A DNA stretch of 64,000 bases from Candidatus Thorarchaeota archaeon (GTDB taxonomy: Archaea; Asgardarchaeota; Thorarchaeia; Thorarchaeales; Thorarchaeaceae). A program made the position numbers and the translations under genes. The notes below the pieces were generated by a model. The model had not been told where the DNA came from. It made no database searches and saw only the letters and a list, made by a program, of their open reading frames with translations. The stretch is taken from NCBI GenBank assembly GCA_048882385.1, contig JBHLRQ010000004.1, positions 1 through 64,000 on the forward strand. The letters run 5' to 3'. This document shows positions 18,505-28,370 of this stretch, piece after piece. Position 1 is the first letter of the stretch; each line of letters opens with the position of its first letter.

Positions 18505-20109
18505 TTACGACACACGTGTATCAGACTCCTGAACTACCTCACCAGCCACCAATCCACTACTCAACACATCCTTGATTCTAACTGAAAGAAGGGTACCTGA
18601 TGAGAATCCGCCTTGAACTGTCATGAGTGGACCCTCTTCGAAGGGATACACCATAGTGAAACCGTGATGGGTCTTTGAAGGTTCAGCAGCAATTCCTCGA
18701 ACTATTGTTCCAACGTATTGTTCCTTTTTCCTACGATTGATTTTCTCTGCTTCCTTTCTGAGTCTAAGCCCATGTTCATCCTTTTTCGAAGACTCAGGAA
18801 AATCAGCAAACGCAGAACCTGGTAATGCACGAAAACCATAGAGGATTATTCTCTCAGCTCCAGATTCACTGACATCTCGCATCATCCGGATTGATTGCTC
18901 AGTTGTTTCTGCGTTCTCTCCAGGGAGACCGTATATGAGATACACAAATGGTTTCATTCCATATTTCTGTGCAATCTTCACAGCTTGGATTACATCTCCC
19001 GAGTTACCACATTTCCCAATCTGTTGCATATGATAATCAGAACCAGTTTCAAGACCTATGTTGGGAGAACTGGAAATCATTGATTCTATGAGTGTCTTGG
19101 CTACATCTTCTGTAAACAAACAAGCTTTCATGTTTTCAATTGCAATGTGAATAGAGCCTTCCCGAACTTGGGGTAAGGAGTTTAACTTGCCGAGAAGATC
19201 TCTTATCGCAACCAAGTTTGCGGGAGGATGACAGGGGTCAGTCAACGGTTCTGTACCCCGTTTGTAATCTAGAAATCCTGGAGCCTCAAGAACAACCCTA
19301 TGAACATCAAGATCAACCAGCTCTTGCACTTCTTTGACAATGGAATCTACTGACCGACTTCTTGGAGGTCCCCATGTACCTGGCACGCTGCAGAATCCAC
19401 ATCCAGGAGGTATAGATTCCGGACAATTCATCCTAACTTTTGCTACTTCAGAGTCGCAGTTTTCACAATCCGTGCACTTACTTCCATCTGGTAGAGGAAG
19501 TTTAGTGCGTTTGAAATTCGAGCAACCACGAAGTATCTCAACATAGACTTTGCTTGCCTGATAGACAGGATAGTCTATAATGCGAACAGTTGAAGGAAAA
19601 TACTTCTCAGAGAATTCAGCCGCTGAGAGTAAGCTTCGAAACTTGGTCATGTGGATCTTTCCAGACTTGATGAATGCGATACCAGGAATCTCTGATAATG
19701 AATTGCAATTGTTAAGAGCGTCTGTTCTTAGGATGTCATCGAGTGTCGCTTCACCTTCGCCAATGACCACAATATCAGGTTTAATCTCAGTGAGTGTCCT
19801 TTCAGGTTCTGCTGAAATTGGACCTCCAATAATCACCCTGCCTTTTTGATTCGCCTGACGCCATAATCGGACTACTTTTTTTGTCGCGGACAGATCCATT
19901 GTCATTGCACTGACTGCCATGTGATCAAATCGACGGAGAAGGCTTCTCTTGGATAGTATATCTTCCACGCGATGTATTCTGCAGTCCAGCTGGTGTTTTT
20001 CAAAGAGTCCAGCCACAGTGCGAGGACCACAGCCTATTGAATCACGCGAACTACTTCTTTGACCTGACCCTGCACTGAGTGCATCAACAATCAGTATTCG
20101 ATCCTTCAT
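18505..20109 (-). CDS. B12-binding radical SAM protein with TRAM-like C-terminus
   Basis: IIGGP, GEGE, EILRGC..(Cys-rich insert)..GCGFC, IGLETGS, IYGLPGE; start at MKDRILIVD (ORF track extends to 20340). Confidence 0.9.
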   Translation of the reverse strand: MKDRILIVDALSAGSGQRSSSRDSIGCGPRTVAGLFEKHQLDCRIHRVEDILSKRSLLRRFDHMAVSAMTMDLSATKKVVRLWRQANQKGRVIIGGPISAEPERTLTEIKPDIVVIGEGEATLDDILRTDALNNCNSLSEIPGIAFIKSGKIHMTKFRSLLSAAEFSEKYFPSTVRIIDYPVYQASKVYVEILRGCSNFKRTKLPLPDGSKCTDCENCDSEVAKVRMNCPESIPPGCGFCSVPGTWGPPRSRSVDSIVKEVQELVDLDVHRVVLEAPGFLDYKRGTEPLTDPCHPPANLVAIRDLLGKLNSLPQVREGSIHIAIENMKACLFTEDVAKTLIESMISSSPNIGLETGSDYHMQQIGKCGNSGDVIQAVKIAQKYGMKPFVYLIYGLPGENAETTEQSIRMMRDVSESGAERIILYGFRALPGSAFADFPESSKKDEHGLRLRKEAEKINRRKKEQYVGTIVRGIAAEPSKTHHGFTMVYPFEEGPLMTVQGGFSSGTLLSVRIKDVLSSGLVAGEVVQESDTRVS

Positions 20110-20252
20110 TATTTTCTTGTCTACAATCCATAGCTGGTTCTTTACTGTTCCTAGAAGGGATAATTGCCACAACTCATAGCACTTATATGGCGCTAGGGAC
20201 ACATCTCTCTCCAGTACAAAGTACAACCTAAAACTAAGGAGTATAATACTGC

Positions 20253-20597
20253 GTGAGCGACGACGAAGGTGGAATATGCCCGAATTGTGGTTTGCCTCAG
20301 GACCTATGCGTCTGTGAAACGATTGCACAGGAAGAGGCAAGAATTTCTGTGACTATCGAACGACGAAAATGGGGTCGACTGACAACTGTTGTTGAAGGTT
20401 TTGACAAAAATATCGACCTCGGTGATTTGGCTACGAAATTGAAAGGTAAGCTAGCATGTGGTGGTGCTGCAAAGCATGGTCACATAGAGCTTCAGGGAGA
20501 TCATCGAGGAGTCATACAAGAAGTATTGGCGAAGCTAGGATTCCCAGAAGAGATGGTTCAGGTGGACTGGACCTTCCAAAGAACTGGTAGAAGGTAA
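20253..20597 (+). CDS. sui1: Translation initiation factor SUI1/aIF1
   Basis: CPNCGLPQDLCVC, LKGKLACGG, IELQGDH. Confidence 0.95.
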   Translation: MSDDEGGICPNCGLPQDLCVCETIAQEEARISVTIERRKWGRLTTVVEGFDKNIDLGDLATKLKGKLACGGAAKHGHIELQGDHRGVIQEVLAKLGFPEEMVQVDWTFQRTGRR

Positions 20598-20658
20598 AAC
20601 ATCTGGTGCCTTCTGGGGAATTTTCCTCTAGTTCTATTCTTTTGAAAATTAGTCAGAA

Positions 20659-21654
20659 TCATGTTCCAAGGGTCATCGAGTTGATTCCAAGTTTCTTCAC
20701 AATCTCTTTGTATCTGTTGCGGACAGTGACCTCTGTTACTCTGGCTACTTCTGCAATCTCACGTTGAGTCCTCCGCTCATCTAACATGATTGAAGCAACA
20801 TAGATAGCTGCAGCAGCCAAACCCAAGGGATCACGACCAATCGTGAGACCTATGTCTCTACTTCTCTGAAGAATTTCTACAGTTCTTAGTTGTACAGGAC
20901 TGGATAATGATAGTTGAGAAGCAAACCGAGATATGTAATCAATAGGATTACTAAGTGGGATCTTAATTGCAAGACTTCTAAGAAGTAGACGATAACATTG
21001 TCCAAGCTTCTTTTTATCAACACGAGATGCATCAGCAACTTCGTCTAAAGGACGAGGTTTCAGTCGTATCCTGCAGGCGGCATAGAGCGTTGCAGCTACC
21101 ATGGCCTCGATGGACCTACCTCTCACAAGCTTTTGGATGATTGATTTTCTATAGAGAAGCGCAGCCAACTCACGAATAGGACCAGGTATGCCAAGCTGTG
21201 ATGACAATCGTTCAAGCTCTGACATTGCTTGAGCCAGATTACGATCCATACTTGAGTGAACGCGAGACCGTATCTGCCATTTACGTAGCCTGTAAATCTC
21301 GGATCTTCTCGTTGGGCTCAGTTTTTTACCTGACGTGTCCCTGTCACGCCAGTCAATTACTGTTGATAGTCCCTTATCGTGTACTGTATAACGTACCGGG
21401 GCTCCCACACGGCTCCGAGCGTCACTCTCCTCTGCACTGAAAGCTCTCCACTCGGCACCAGTATCAATTCGATGATCTGATAGAACAAGACCACATCCGC
21501 CGCAAACCCTCTCTCCACGAGTTAGGTCTTCAACAACAGAAGCTGAACCACATTCAGAACAAGATGGTGGTTCAATAGAAGTTTCTACAGTCCCCTTTCT
21601 ATCATTAGCACTCCGCGTCCGGTCCAATGCCTCTCTCTCTCCACCAGAGTCCAT
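20659..21654 (-). CDS. tfb: Transcription initiation factor IIB, second paralogue
   Basis: Zn ribbon, DTGAEWRAF, GRSIE, GRDPLG, QREIAEVARVTEVTVRNRYK. Confidence 0.97.
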   Translation of the reverse strand: MDSGGEREALDRTRSANDRKGTVETSIEPPSCSECGSASVVEDLTRGERVCGGCGLVLSDHRIDTGAEWRAFSAEESDARSRVGAPVRYTVHDKGLSTVIDWRDRDTSGKKLSPTRRSEIYRLRKWQIRSRVHSSMDRNLAQAMSELERLSSQLGIPGPIRELAALLYRKSIIQKLVRGRSIEAMVAATLYAACRIRLKPRPLDEVADASRVDKKKLGQCYRLLLRSLAIKIPLSNPIDYISRFASQLSLSSPVQLRTVEILQRSRDIGLTIGRDPLGLAAAAIYVASIMLDERRTQREIAEVARVTEVTVRNRYKEIVKKLGINSMTLGT

Positions 21655-21826
21655 GGTTCCGAAAAAAACCGCCAGATATCACTGACAAGTTATAGACCCA
21701 ATGACAGTCTCCCGGTACCCACAACAAAACATCTGGGAAAATTTTCTTTTAATTGTTCTGGGTTAACTGATGAAGCCTTCTACGAATCATAAACTAATGT
21801 TTGTTCATGCACAGAAGCATACAAAA

Positions 21827-22789
21827 CTAGGTTGTCTTCTCATGACCTCGTTCTGTTATGATGATTGTATGCTCATTTTGCGAAACAAATTCTCCTTTTT
21901 CTTCAGCAAGGATGTTGTGTCCAAAGAGTGCACCGTTCTTCTCAAGTTCCTTGATAGCCATCTCGAGAGAGGCAGGTGACATCTGTTCAGCTATCCACCG
22001 TTTAGCAAATGGAAACTCTTTGTAGTTCTTCCTAGCTATGCCTAAGAACTGCTTTGTACCCTTAAACCGAACTGGTACCCTGACAGGGAGTAATTGATAG
22101 ATAAGAGGTCGTGGTTGATCAGAGATGTTTCCAGAACCTGTACTCGCAAAGGTTTCTATTGCATAGACTTCGCCTTCCTCAACAAGTACCTCAGACTTGC
22201 CTGAAACACAAGGAACCTGTTTATCAGCGTGAAGCTCATACTCTTTCAATTGATGACCTGACAGTTGTTTTATTGGTTCAAATCCAGCTGATTGAATTGT
22301 ATCTTCAATCAGTGCACCAATTGTGTTCAGTTTAGCACCAGGACGCATCATCTGGATGGCCACATTGGTAGCATCAACTGAAGCCTTGACCAAAGCCTCA
22401 TGATCGGGATTGAGAGCAATCGTGAATGCTGTATCAGCAATACAGCCATCGACATGAGACCCACAATCTACAGTTACAAGGTCACCCTCTTCAATGACAG
22501 TTTCATCATTCAAGGGCGATGTGTAGTGTGCTGCAACATTGTTCAAAGCCACATTACATGGAAAGGAAGTTCCCGATGAGTTTTCGCGAATGTAGTTCTC
22601 AACTGTGTCGATTATATCAATGACCTTTGTTCCTGGTTTCACCATAGGTCTTGCTAGGTCGAGAGCTTCACGGGCGACGACTCCAGCGCGACGCCATTTG
22701 TCCCAAGGATCTTCTGATTCATCTTCTGGTTTATCAACGGGCTTATCCTCTGCCACGATATCACCAACTCTTTGGCTCGTGTAGGGCAA
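21827..22789 (-). CDS. map: Methionine aminopeptidase type II
   Basis: FPCN..AAHYT, DCGSHVDGCIADTAFT, LSGH, YAIETFAS, QNEHT. Confidence 0.95.
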   Translation of the reverse strand: MPYTSQRVGDIVAEDKPVDKPEDESEDPWDKWRRAGVVAREALDLARPMVKPGTKVIDIIDTVENYIRENSSGTSFPCNVALNNVAAHYTSPLNDETVIEEGDLVTVDCGSHVDGCIADTAFTIALNPDHEALVKASVDATNVAIQMMRPGAKLNTIGALIEDTIQSAGFEPIKQLSGHQLKEYELHADKQVPCVSGKSEVLVEEGEVYAIETFASTGSGNISDQPRPLIYQLLPVRVPVRFKGTKQFLGIARKNYKEFPFAKRWIAEQMSPASLEMAIKELEKNGALFGHNILAEEKGEFVSQNEHTIIITERGHEKTT

Positions 22790-22821
22790 GCCAGATAAAA
22801 TTGACGGAAAGACCAGACCTA

Positions 22822-23217
22822 CTACGATAGAACCTTCTCAATCCTCTTAGCAATACGTGTCATCATGAAGAACATGTAGCCAATGTTAGCACGTTTGTTT
22901 GTGAGTACAGCTAGACTGGCATCAGCTCCTGCATCGCAGATGATGACATAACCAGTTTCACCCTCAATCAACATTCTAACGAGAGGACCACGTTTCAACT
23001 GCTTGAAGACTTTCCTTGTTGCTTCCTGGATTTGGGTGGATCTTCCTGCTATCACATCCTCATCAGGGATTCTACTATCATCCATTCCTTCAGGATAGTG
23101 AGTACAAATAGTAAGACCCTGTGATTTCGAAATGATAGCGCTTGCTTCGACATTTCCCTGTGACGCCCGACTCAAGTCGAGAAGAAGCTCATTCAACATT
23201 TCGGTTTTTGAGGACAA
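22822..23217 (-). CDS. Roadblock/LC7 domain protein
   Basis: VEASAIISKSQGL, LKRGPL..MLIEGETGYVII, LAVL..K.ANIG pattern. Confidence 0.88.
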   Translation of the reverse strand: MSSKTEMLNELLLDLSRASQGNVEASAIISKSQGLTICTHYPEGMDDSRIPDEDVIAGRSTQIQEATRKVFKQLKRGPLVRMLIEGETGYVIICDAGADASLAVLTNKRANIGYMFFMMTRIAKRIEKVLS

Positions 23218-23265
23218 AGTAACGCATCTCCATGGCGCCTTTCAGTCAAAAAGGATGTCAAGTAT

Positions 23266-24042
23266 TTAAACTCTCTTGGCGCCTGCTATCTTGAGACCTT
23301 TTACTATCTTTGCCAATCCTTCTCCTCTATCTTTCTGAATATGTTTTTCAAGATAGGTCCCCTGCACAACTATAGAAGCTCCAGCTTCAACAGCCATGAC
23401 AACTGATTTTTCATCGTTAAATCCGCCGCCAGTGATTAGTGGAATATCAATGAACTTAGAAACAGTGGCAATCATTTCAGGAGGTACTCCACCACCTTCT
23501 GCGCCACTACCAGCTTCAAGGTAAACCAGTTTCATCCCAAGTAACTCTGCTGCAATTGCGTACATCGTAGGCAGCTTAGGTTTGTCTCGTAGGAAGGGCT
23601 TGGCATCACCAACCCATGATGCAGTCTTTCCTGGAGCCACCATAAGATATGCCATTGGAATTGTTTCAATTCCTGTGAGTTTTATTTTTGGTGCAGCTAG
23701 TGCTTGGGCACCAATTATGTAGTATGGGTTCGTACTGTTCAGGAGTGACATGAAGAAAATTGCATCTGCATGTTCTGAAACGCCGGTGATATTACCGGGG
23801 AACAAGATGGTTGGAATCTCCACAGCTTCGCTAATCTTTTCTACGGCATCATCAATGACACCAAAAATCGTACTACCGCCAATCATGATTGCATCACTGC
23901 CTGCTTTCTCAGCGAGAGTAGCAATCTCTACAACATTTTCAATTGATGTAGACATTGGATCAGGGTCGAGGAGCGAGAAATGACAAGCACCCTCAGACTC
24001 TAGTTTTTCAGTGATGTACTTCCAAACCTTACCGGCCATCAT
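23266..24042 (-). CDS. Geranylgeranylglyceryl phosphate synthase
   Basis: LLDPD, IMIGGS, ILFPG, MSLLNS, YLEAGSGA, GGG motifs. Confidence 0.95.
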   Translation of the reverse strand: MMAGKVWKYITEKLESEGACHFSLLDPDPMSTSIENVVEIATLAEKAGSDAIMIGGSTIFGVIDDAVEKISEAVEIPTILFPGNITGVSEHADAIFFMSLLNSTNPYYIIGAQALAAPKIKLTGIETIPMAYLMVAPGKTASWVGDAKPFLRDKPKLPTMYAIAAELLGMKLVYLEAGSGAEGGGVPPEMIATVSKFIDIPLITGGGFNDEKSVVMAVEAGASIVVQGTYLEKHIQKDRGEGLAKIVKGLKIAGAKRV

Positions 24043-24243
24043 AAAGTCTCCAACTATTGAAATCCCGTCTTGACGTACTTTTTACGCTTTTGGTGAACCA
24101 ATAGTAATTACTTCAAGACCAATATAAAATATAGTCCCAACTGTAATGTTCGATTACATCAATCGATGGATTATTCCTATCAGAAAATGAAATATCGTGA
24201 AGGGATTATGCCCGTTATTCTCAACCTTTATTACCAGTTTTGA

Positions 24244-26838
24244 ATGAAGCTCGCAAGTTGTGTTCTGCTGAACGAGGCCCCATATATGACCACAAGCGAC
24301 CCTAAAGGAAGTAGTTCTGAATCTTCTGAAATAGAGGTTGTTTCAACAGGTTCAGAGCTCCGCATCGGAGTCTTTCCATGCAAGTGTGGGAAGAATATTG
24401 GTGCAGTAGTAGACATCGATGCTGTGGCAGAGTATGCAAAAACACTTCCAGGCGTAGCGTTTGTACAAGTCAATCGATATACCTGTGCAGATCCAGGACA
24501 GAGAGAGATTGAAGAAGCCATCACCGAGCATGGTCTCAATAGGGTGGTCGTAGCATCTTGCAGTCCAACCATGCATGAGGATACATTCAGAAAAGCGGTG
24601 AAGGCCGCAGGACTCAATCCGTATCTCTGCATAATGGCCAATATTCGGGAGCACGTTTCATGGGTCCACCGTGATGATCCAATAGCAGCCACACAGAAGG
24701 CTATGGACCTTGTCGCCATGTCTGTGGCAAAAGCTGCCACACTCGAACCACAGAAGGAATTGGATGTTCCAGTAACACAGGCTGCTCTTGTGGTGGGAGC
24801 GGGAGTTGCTGGCATGCAGGCAGCTCTTGATCTTGCTGATGCTGGTTTTAAGGTCCATCTTGTTGAGAAAGAACCGACAATAGGCGGAATCATGGCAATC
24901 CTAGACAAGGTTTTTCCACAAAATGATTGTAGTATCTGCATCCTCGGACCCAAGATGGTGGATGTAGCAAAGCATCCGAACATCAATCTCATCACTATGG
25001 CGGAAGTACAAACAATATCAGGGTATGTTGGAAACTTCCATGTTCGAGTTAAACAACGAGCACGATTTGTGGACATTGACAAATGTACATCATGTGGTGA
25101 CTGCGTCGAAGTTTGTCCAGTTGATGTACCAAGTAGAACAGATCAGAGTCTGACTTGGCAGAAAGCTATACAGATACCATTCCCACAGGCAGTCCCTTCA
25201 TCATATTTTATTGACCCCAACTCCTGCCTTGGTATGGACTTGATACGGTGTGGGAAGTGTATAGATCGATGTGAACAAGAAGCAATTGTTTCCTCGGACC
25301 AAGATCGATATATAGACTTTGAAGCTGGAGTCATAATCCTAGCAACTGGTTTTAAACCTGCAAATCCAGAGAAGATACCTCGTCTTGGGTGGGGTAGATA
25401 TCCAAACGTAATAACTACACTTGAGTTCGAGAGACTGATTAATGCAGCAGGGCCTACTGAGGGCAATCTTGTTCGACCCTCAGACCTAGTCAAACCAACT
25501 TCAGTAGCAATAGCTCAGTGTGTAGGATCACGAAGCATTGATACGAGACCAGCTTGTTCGAATTTCTGTTGTGCTGAATCAGTGAAATGCGCCTTGTTGA
25601 TTAAAGAACACTATCCTGACACTGAAGTCACCATTTACTATCAGGATCTTAGAATGCATGGCAAGTACTTTGAAGATCAATATCTTAAGGCGAGAGAAGA
25701 AGGTGTAAAGTTTGTTCGTGGGAGGGTTGGTGAGATTCAGCAGTTCCCAAAGACAAAGAACCTCCGAGTGAGTGTTGAAGATACAACGCACAACAAATTA
25801 GTAATGGTAGATTATGATATGGTCATTTTGTCTATGGGAGCAGAAGGTCAGTCAGGGAATTTTCCAATACCAATATCTTGTACAGCAGACTCATTTTACA
25901 TAGAATCACATCCAAAATTGAGACCTGTAGATACTAGCTCGGCAGGCGTATTCATCTGCGGAGGAGCTGAGAGTCCTAAAGATATTAGAGATTCTGTCAT
26001 CCAAGCGAGTGCTGCAGCTGGTCGAGCGGCGATAATCCTTCAGAAAGGCCGTTACCCGATAGAAGCACTCAGTGCTCGAATTATGCAAGACAAATGCAAT
26101 AGATGCGGCACATGTGTAAAACGTTGCCCTTATGGTGCAATCTCACAGGATGGCACGGGCAAGTTCACTGTAATGGGAGCCCTCTGTCAGGCATGTGGAA
26201 CATGTGCAGGTGATTGTCCAAAAGATGCCATTTACATGCCCAATTTCACAAATGAGCAGATTGAGGCTCAGATAGAAATTGCGCTGGCTGAGGAACCTGA
26301 GGACAAGATTGTAGCGTTCGCTTGTGCATTCTGTTCCTATCGAGGCTCAGATCTCGCAGGTGTTTCAAGAATGCAGTATCCACCTAACGCCAGAGTGATC
26401 AGGTCTATGTGTTCCGGACGATACTCAGTTAAATTCGCACAAAAAGCGTTTGAACTTGGTGCAGGAGCTGTACTCTATTCAGGATGCCATCTTCCAGCAG
26501 ATTGTCACTTTCAAACTGGAAATCATTGGATGGCCAAACGAGAGCCGAGAATCAGAGGATGGATGAAGAGGAATAACATAGATGATGACCGCTTCCGAGT
26601 GGAATGGGTTTCTGCTGGAGAAGGAAAGAAGTGGCAAAATATCATGAGCGAGATGGCGGAAGTCACTGAGAAGTATAAGAAGATTAAACCCAAGGCTAAG
26701 AAACCAACTGCTAAGCCAAAAACGGACCCAAAATCAAAACCAAAGTCTAAATCAAAAGCAAAGCCCAAAAAGAAGACAAAGCCAAAGACTAGTAGCACAA
26801 AAAAGAGTGCTCCCAAGAAGAAGACAGGGGGGAAGTGA
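24244..26838 (+). CDS. hdrA: Heterodisulfide reductase subunit A fused to an MvhD domain, with Lys-rich tail (start possibly 24286)
   Basis: VVASCSP, NIREH, GAGVAG, DCSICIL, QCVGSR, CSNFCC, HPKLRP; C-terminal MvhD CAFCSY..MCSGR..GCH..DCHF. Confidence 0.96.
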   Translation: MKLASCVLLNEAPYMTTSDPKGSSSESSEIEVVSTGSELRIGVFPCKCGKNIGAVVDIDAVAEYAKTLPGVAFVQVNRYTCADPGQREIEEAITEHGLNRVVVASCSPTMHEDTFRKAVKAAGLNPYLCIMANIREHVSWVHRDDPIAATQKAMDLVAMSVAKAATLEPQKELDVPVTQAALVVGAGVAGMQAALDLADAGFKVHLVEKEPTIGGIMAILDKVFPQNDCSICILGPKMVDVAKHPNINLITMAEVQTISGYVGNFHVRVKQRARFVDIDKCTSCGDCVEVCPVDVPSRTDQSLTWQKAIQIPFPQAVPSSYFIDPNSCLGMDLIRCGKCIDRCEQEAIVSSDQDRYIDFEAGVIILATGFKPANPEKIPRLGWGRYPNVITTLEFERLINAAGPTEGNLVRPSDLVKPTSVAIAQCVGSRSIDTRPACSNFCCAESVKCALLIKEHYPDTEVTIYYQDLRMHGKYFEDQYLKAREEGVKFVRGRVGEIQQFPKTKNLRVSVEDTTHNKLVMVDYDMVILSMGAEGQSGNFPIPISCTADSFYIESHPKLRPVDTSSAGVFICGGAESPKDIRDSVIQASAAAGRAAIILQKGRYPIEALSARIMQDKCNRCGTCVKRCPYGAISQDGTGKFTVMGALCQACGTCAGDCPKDAIYMPNFTNEQIEAQIEIALAEEPEDKIVAFACAFCSYRGSDLAGVSRMQYPPNARVIRSMCSGRYSVKFAQKAFELGAGAVLYSGCHLPADCHFQTGNHWMAKREPRIRGWMKRNNIDDDRFRVEWVSAGEGKKWQNIMSEMAEVTEKYKKIKPKAKKPTAKPKTDPKSKPKSKSKAKPKKKTKPKTSSTKKSAPKKKTGGK

Positions 26839-27341
26839 TTCAGATGGTAGATGCCAGTCAAAACCAAAAGCTTGAGGAGCTGCGAAAAACAGCTAGACCC
26901 TGTTTTCAATGTGGAATATGTGCTTCTTCTTGTCCAGTTTTCCGAGTGGCACCAGAGTTGAATCCCCGATTATCAGTGGACTCCATCATAACAGAAGGAG
27001 TGGTTCCTACTGAAGGAAATGAATGGCTTTGTGCGTATTGTTTGATGTGCGAGGAAAGATGCCCAATGGGAGTATCGCTTGCTGAGATCTTGATGGGTAT
27101 CAAGAACATTTCAGCCAATGAGGGAAAAGCTCCTCCAGATGTTGTTGAGTCAGCTGAAGCACTCTATACAAGAGGTTGTCTGTCACCTGTATCTAATAGA
27201 GCGGAGAAAAAAAGAGATGATTTGGGTCTTCCACATTTGCCCGAACCGGACCCCGAACAGGTCAAACTGATTTTTGATGCAACAGGTGCATTAGAGGTGC
27301 TTGAGGTAAATAGAGCTGCAGTAAAGGAGGAGCCTGAATGA
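26835..27341 (+). CDS. hdrC: Heterodisulfide reductase subunit C
   Basis: CFQCGICASSCP and WLCAYCLMCEERCP; overlaps the hdrA stop. Confidence 0.93.
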   Translation: MIQMVDASQNQKLEELRKTARPCFQCGICASSCPVFRVAPELNPRLSVDSIITEGVVPTEGNEWLCAYCLMCEERCPMGVSLAEILMGIKNISANEGKAPPDVVESAEALYTRGCLSPVSNRAEKKRDDLGLPHLPEPDPEQVKLIFDATGALEVLEVNRAAVKEEPE

Positions 27342-28237
27342 AGTACGCGTTCTTCCCAGGATGTACAATGGCGAACCGCCTTCAGTTTGCTGAAAAATCA
27401 GTGCGCATGGTAGTTCCTGAATTTGGTTTTGAACTAGTTGACTTACCTTTCACCTGCTGTCCAGAACCAAACGCCATAAGAGCACTCTCTGACGACACAT
27501 GGATTACATTTGCAGCAAGGAATATAGCACTTGCAGAGGCTGAAACTCTAGATATCTTAACTGCATGTGCTGGTTGCCATGAGTCGCTCACTCTCGCAAA
27601 GCATGAACTCGATACAAAACCGGAAAGAAAGGAGAAAGCAAACGAAATTCTCAATAAAATGGGACTTGAGTATAAGGGAACATCATCAATTATTCATGTT
27701 CATCAATTACTCTTTGATGAGGTTGGTGTCGAAACCATCTCAACTAAAGTTGTTAGACCAATTCCTTTCAAAGTTGTCACACACAGCGGATGTCATCTCT
27801 TAAGACCACAGAAGATTCTGAAAGTCGATAGCGCTGAAATACCTGTGAAACTAGATATGTTGTGTGAAGCACTGGGAATGGAGTCTCTCGATTATATGGA
27901 CAAGGTCATGTGTTGTGGTGCGGGTGTTAGAAAAACAAATTCAGTCACATCATATGCAGTCTTGAAAGAAAAGATGACAAGCATGGCAATGGTCGAACCT
28001 GATGCTATTGTAGTCTTTTGTCCGACTTGCTTCATAACTTTTGAATCAGGGCAACGGGTAGCAAATAGAATATTCAACACTGAATTTGATTTGCCAGTAT
28101 TCTATTATACTGAGCTTCTTGCAATCGCAATGGGATTGCCTGATACGGATCTACTCCTGGCAGATCATAGAGTAAAAATCAACTTTCCAGAGGAAATTGA
28201 AGCAAAGAGCAATGACACCGAATCCATTCCTATCTGA
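27338..28237 (+). CDS. hdrB: Heterodisulfide reductase subunit B
   Basis: YAFFPGC, CCP, CAGC, HSGCH, CCGAG, CPTC (CCG domains). Confidence 0.93.
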   Translation: MKYAFFPGCTMANRLQFAEKSVRMVVPEFGFELVDLPFTCCPEPNAIRALSDDTWITFAARNIALAEAETLDILTACAGCHESLTLAKHELDTKPERKEKANEILNKMGLEYKGTSSIIHVHQLLFDEVGVETISTKVVRPIPFKVVTHSGCHLLRPQKILKVDSAEIPVKLDMLCEALGMESLDYMDKVMCCGAGVRKTNSVTSYAVLKEKMTSMAMVEPDAIVVFCPTCFITFESGQRVANRIFNTEFDLPVFYYTELLAIAMGLPDTDLLLADHRVKINFPEEIEAKSNDTESIPI

Positions 28238-28370
28238 TAGTCGTATCTGTCCCGAAACACTTTATTACCATCAATCGACCGCGCGACTTGTGCGGTGAAG
28301 GTATATAGCATACTGGCACGAGGTCCAATAAATGCTTAGTAGAAGAATCCAATAGTGGAGATAATTAGCC

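Noticed and set aside
24231-25082. 283-aa antisense ORF and similar shadow ORFs (e.g. 16973-17635, 33948-34280)
   Set aside because: Antisense to well-supported genes
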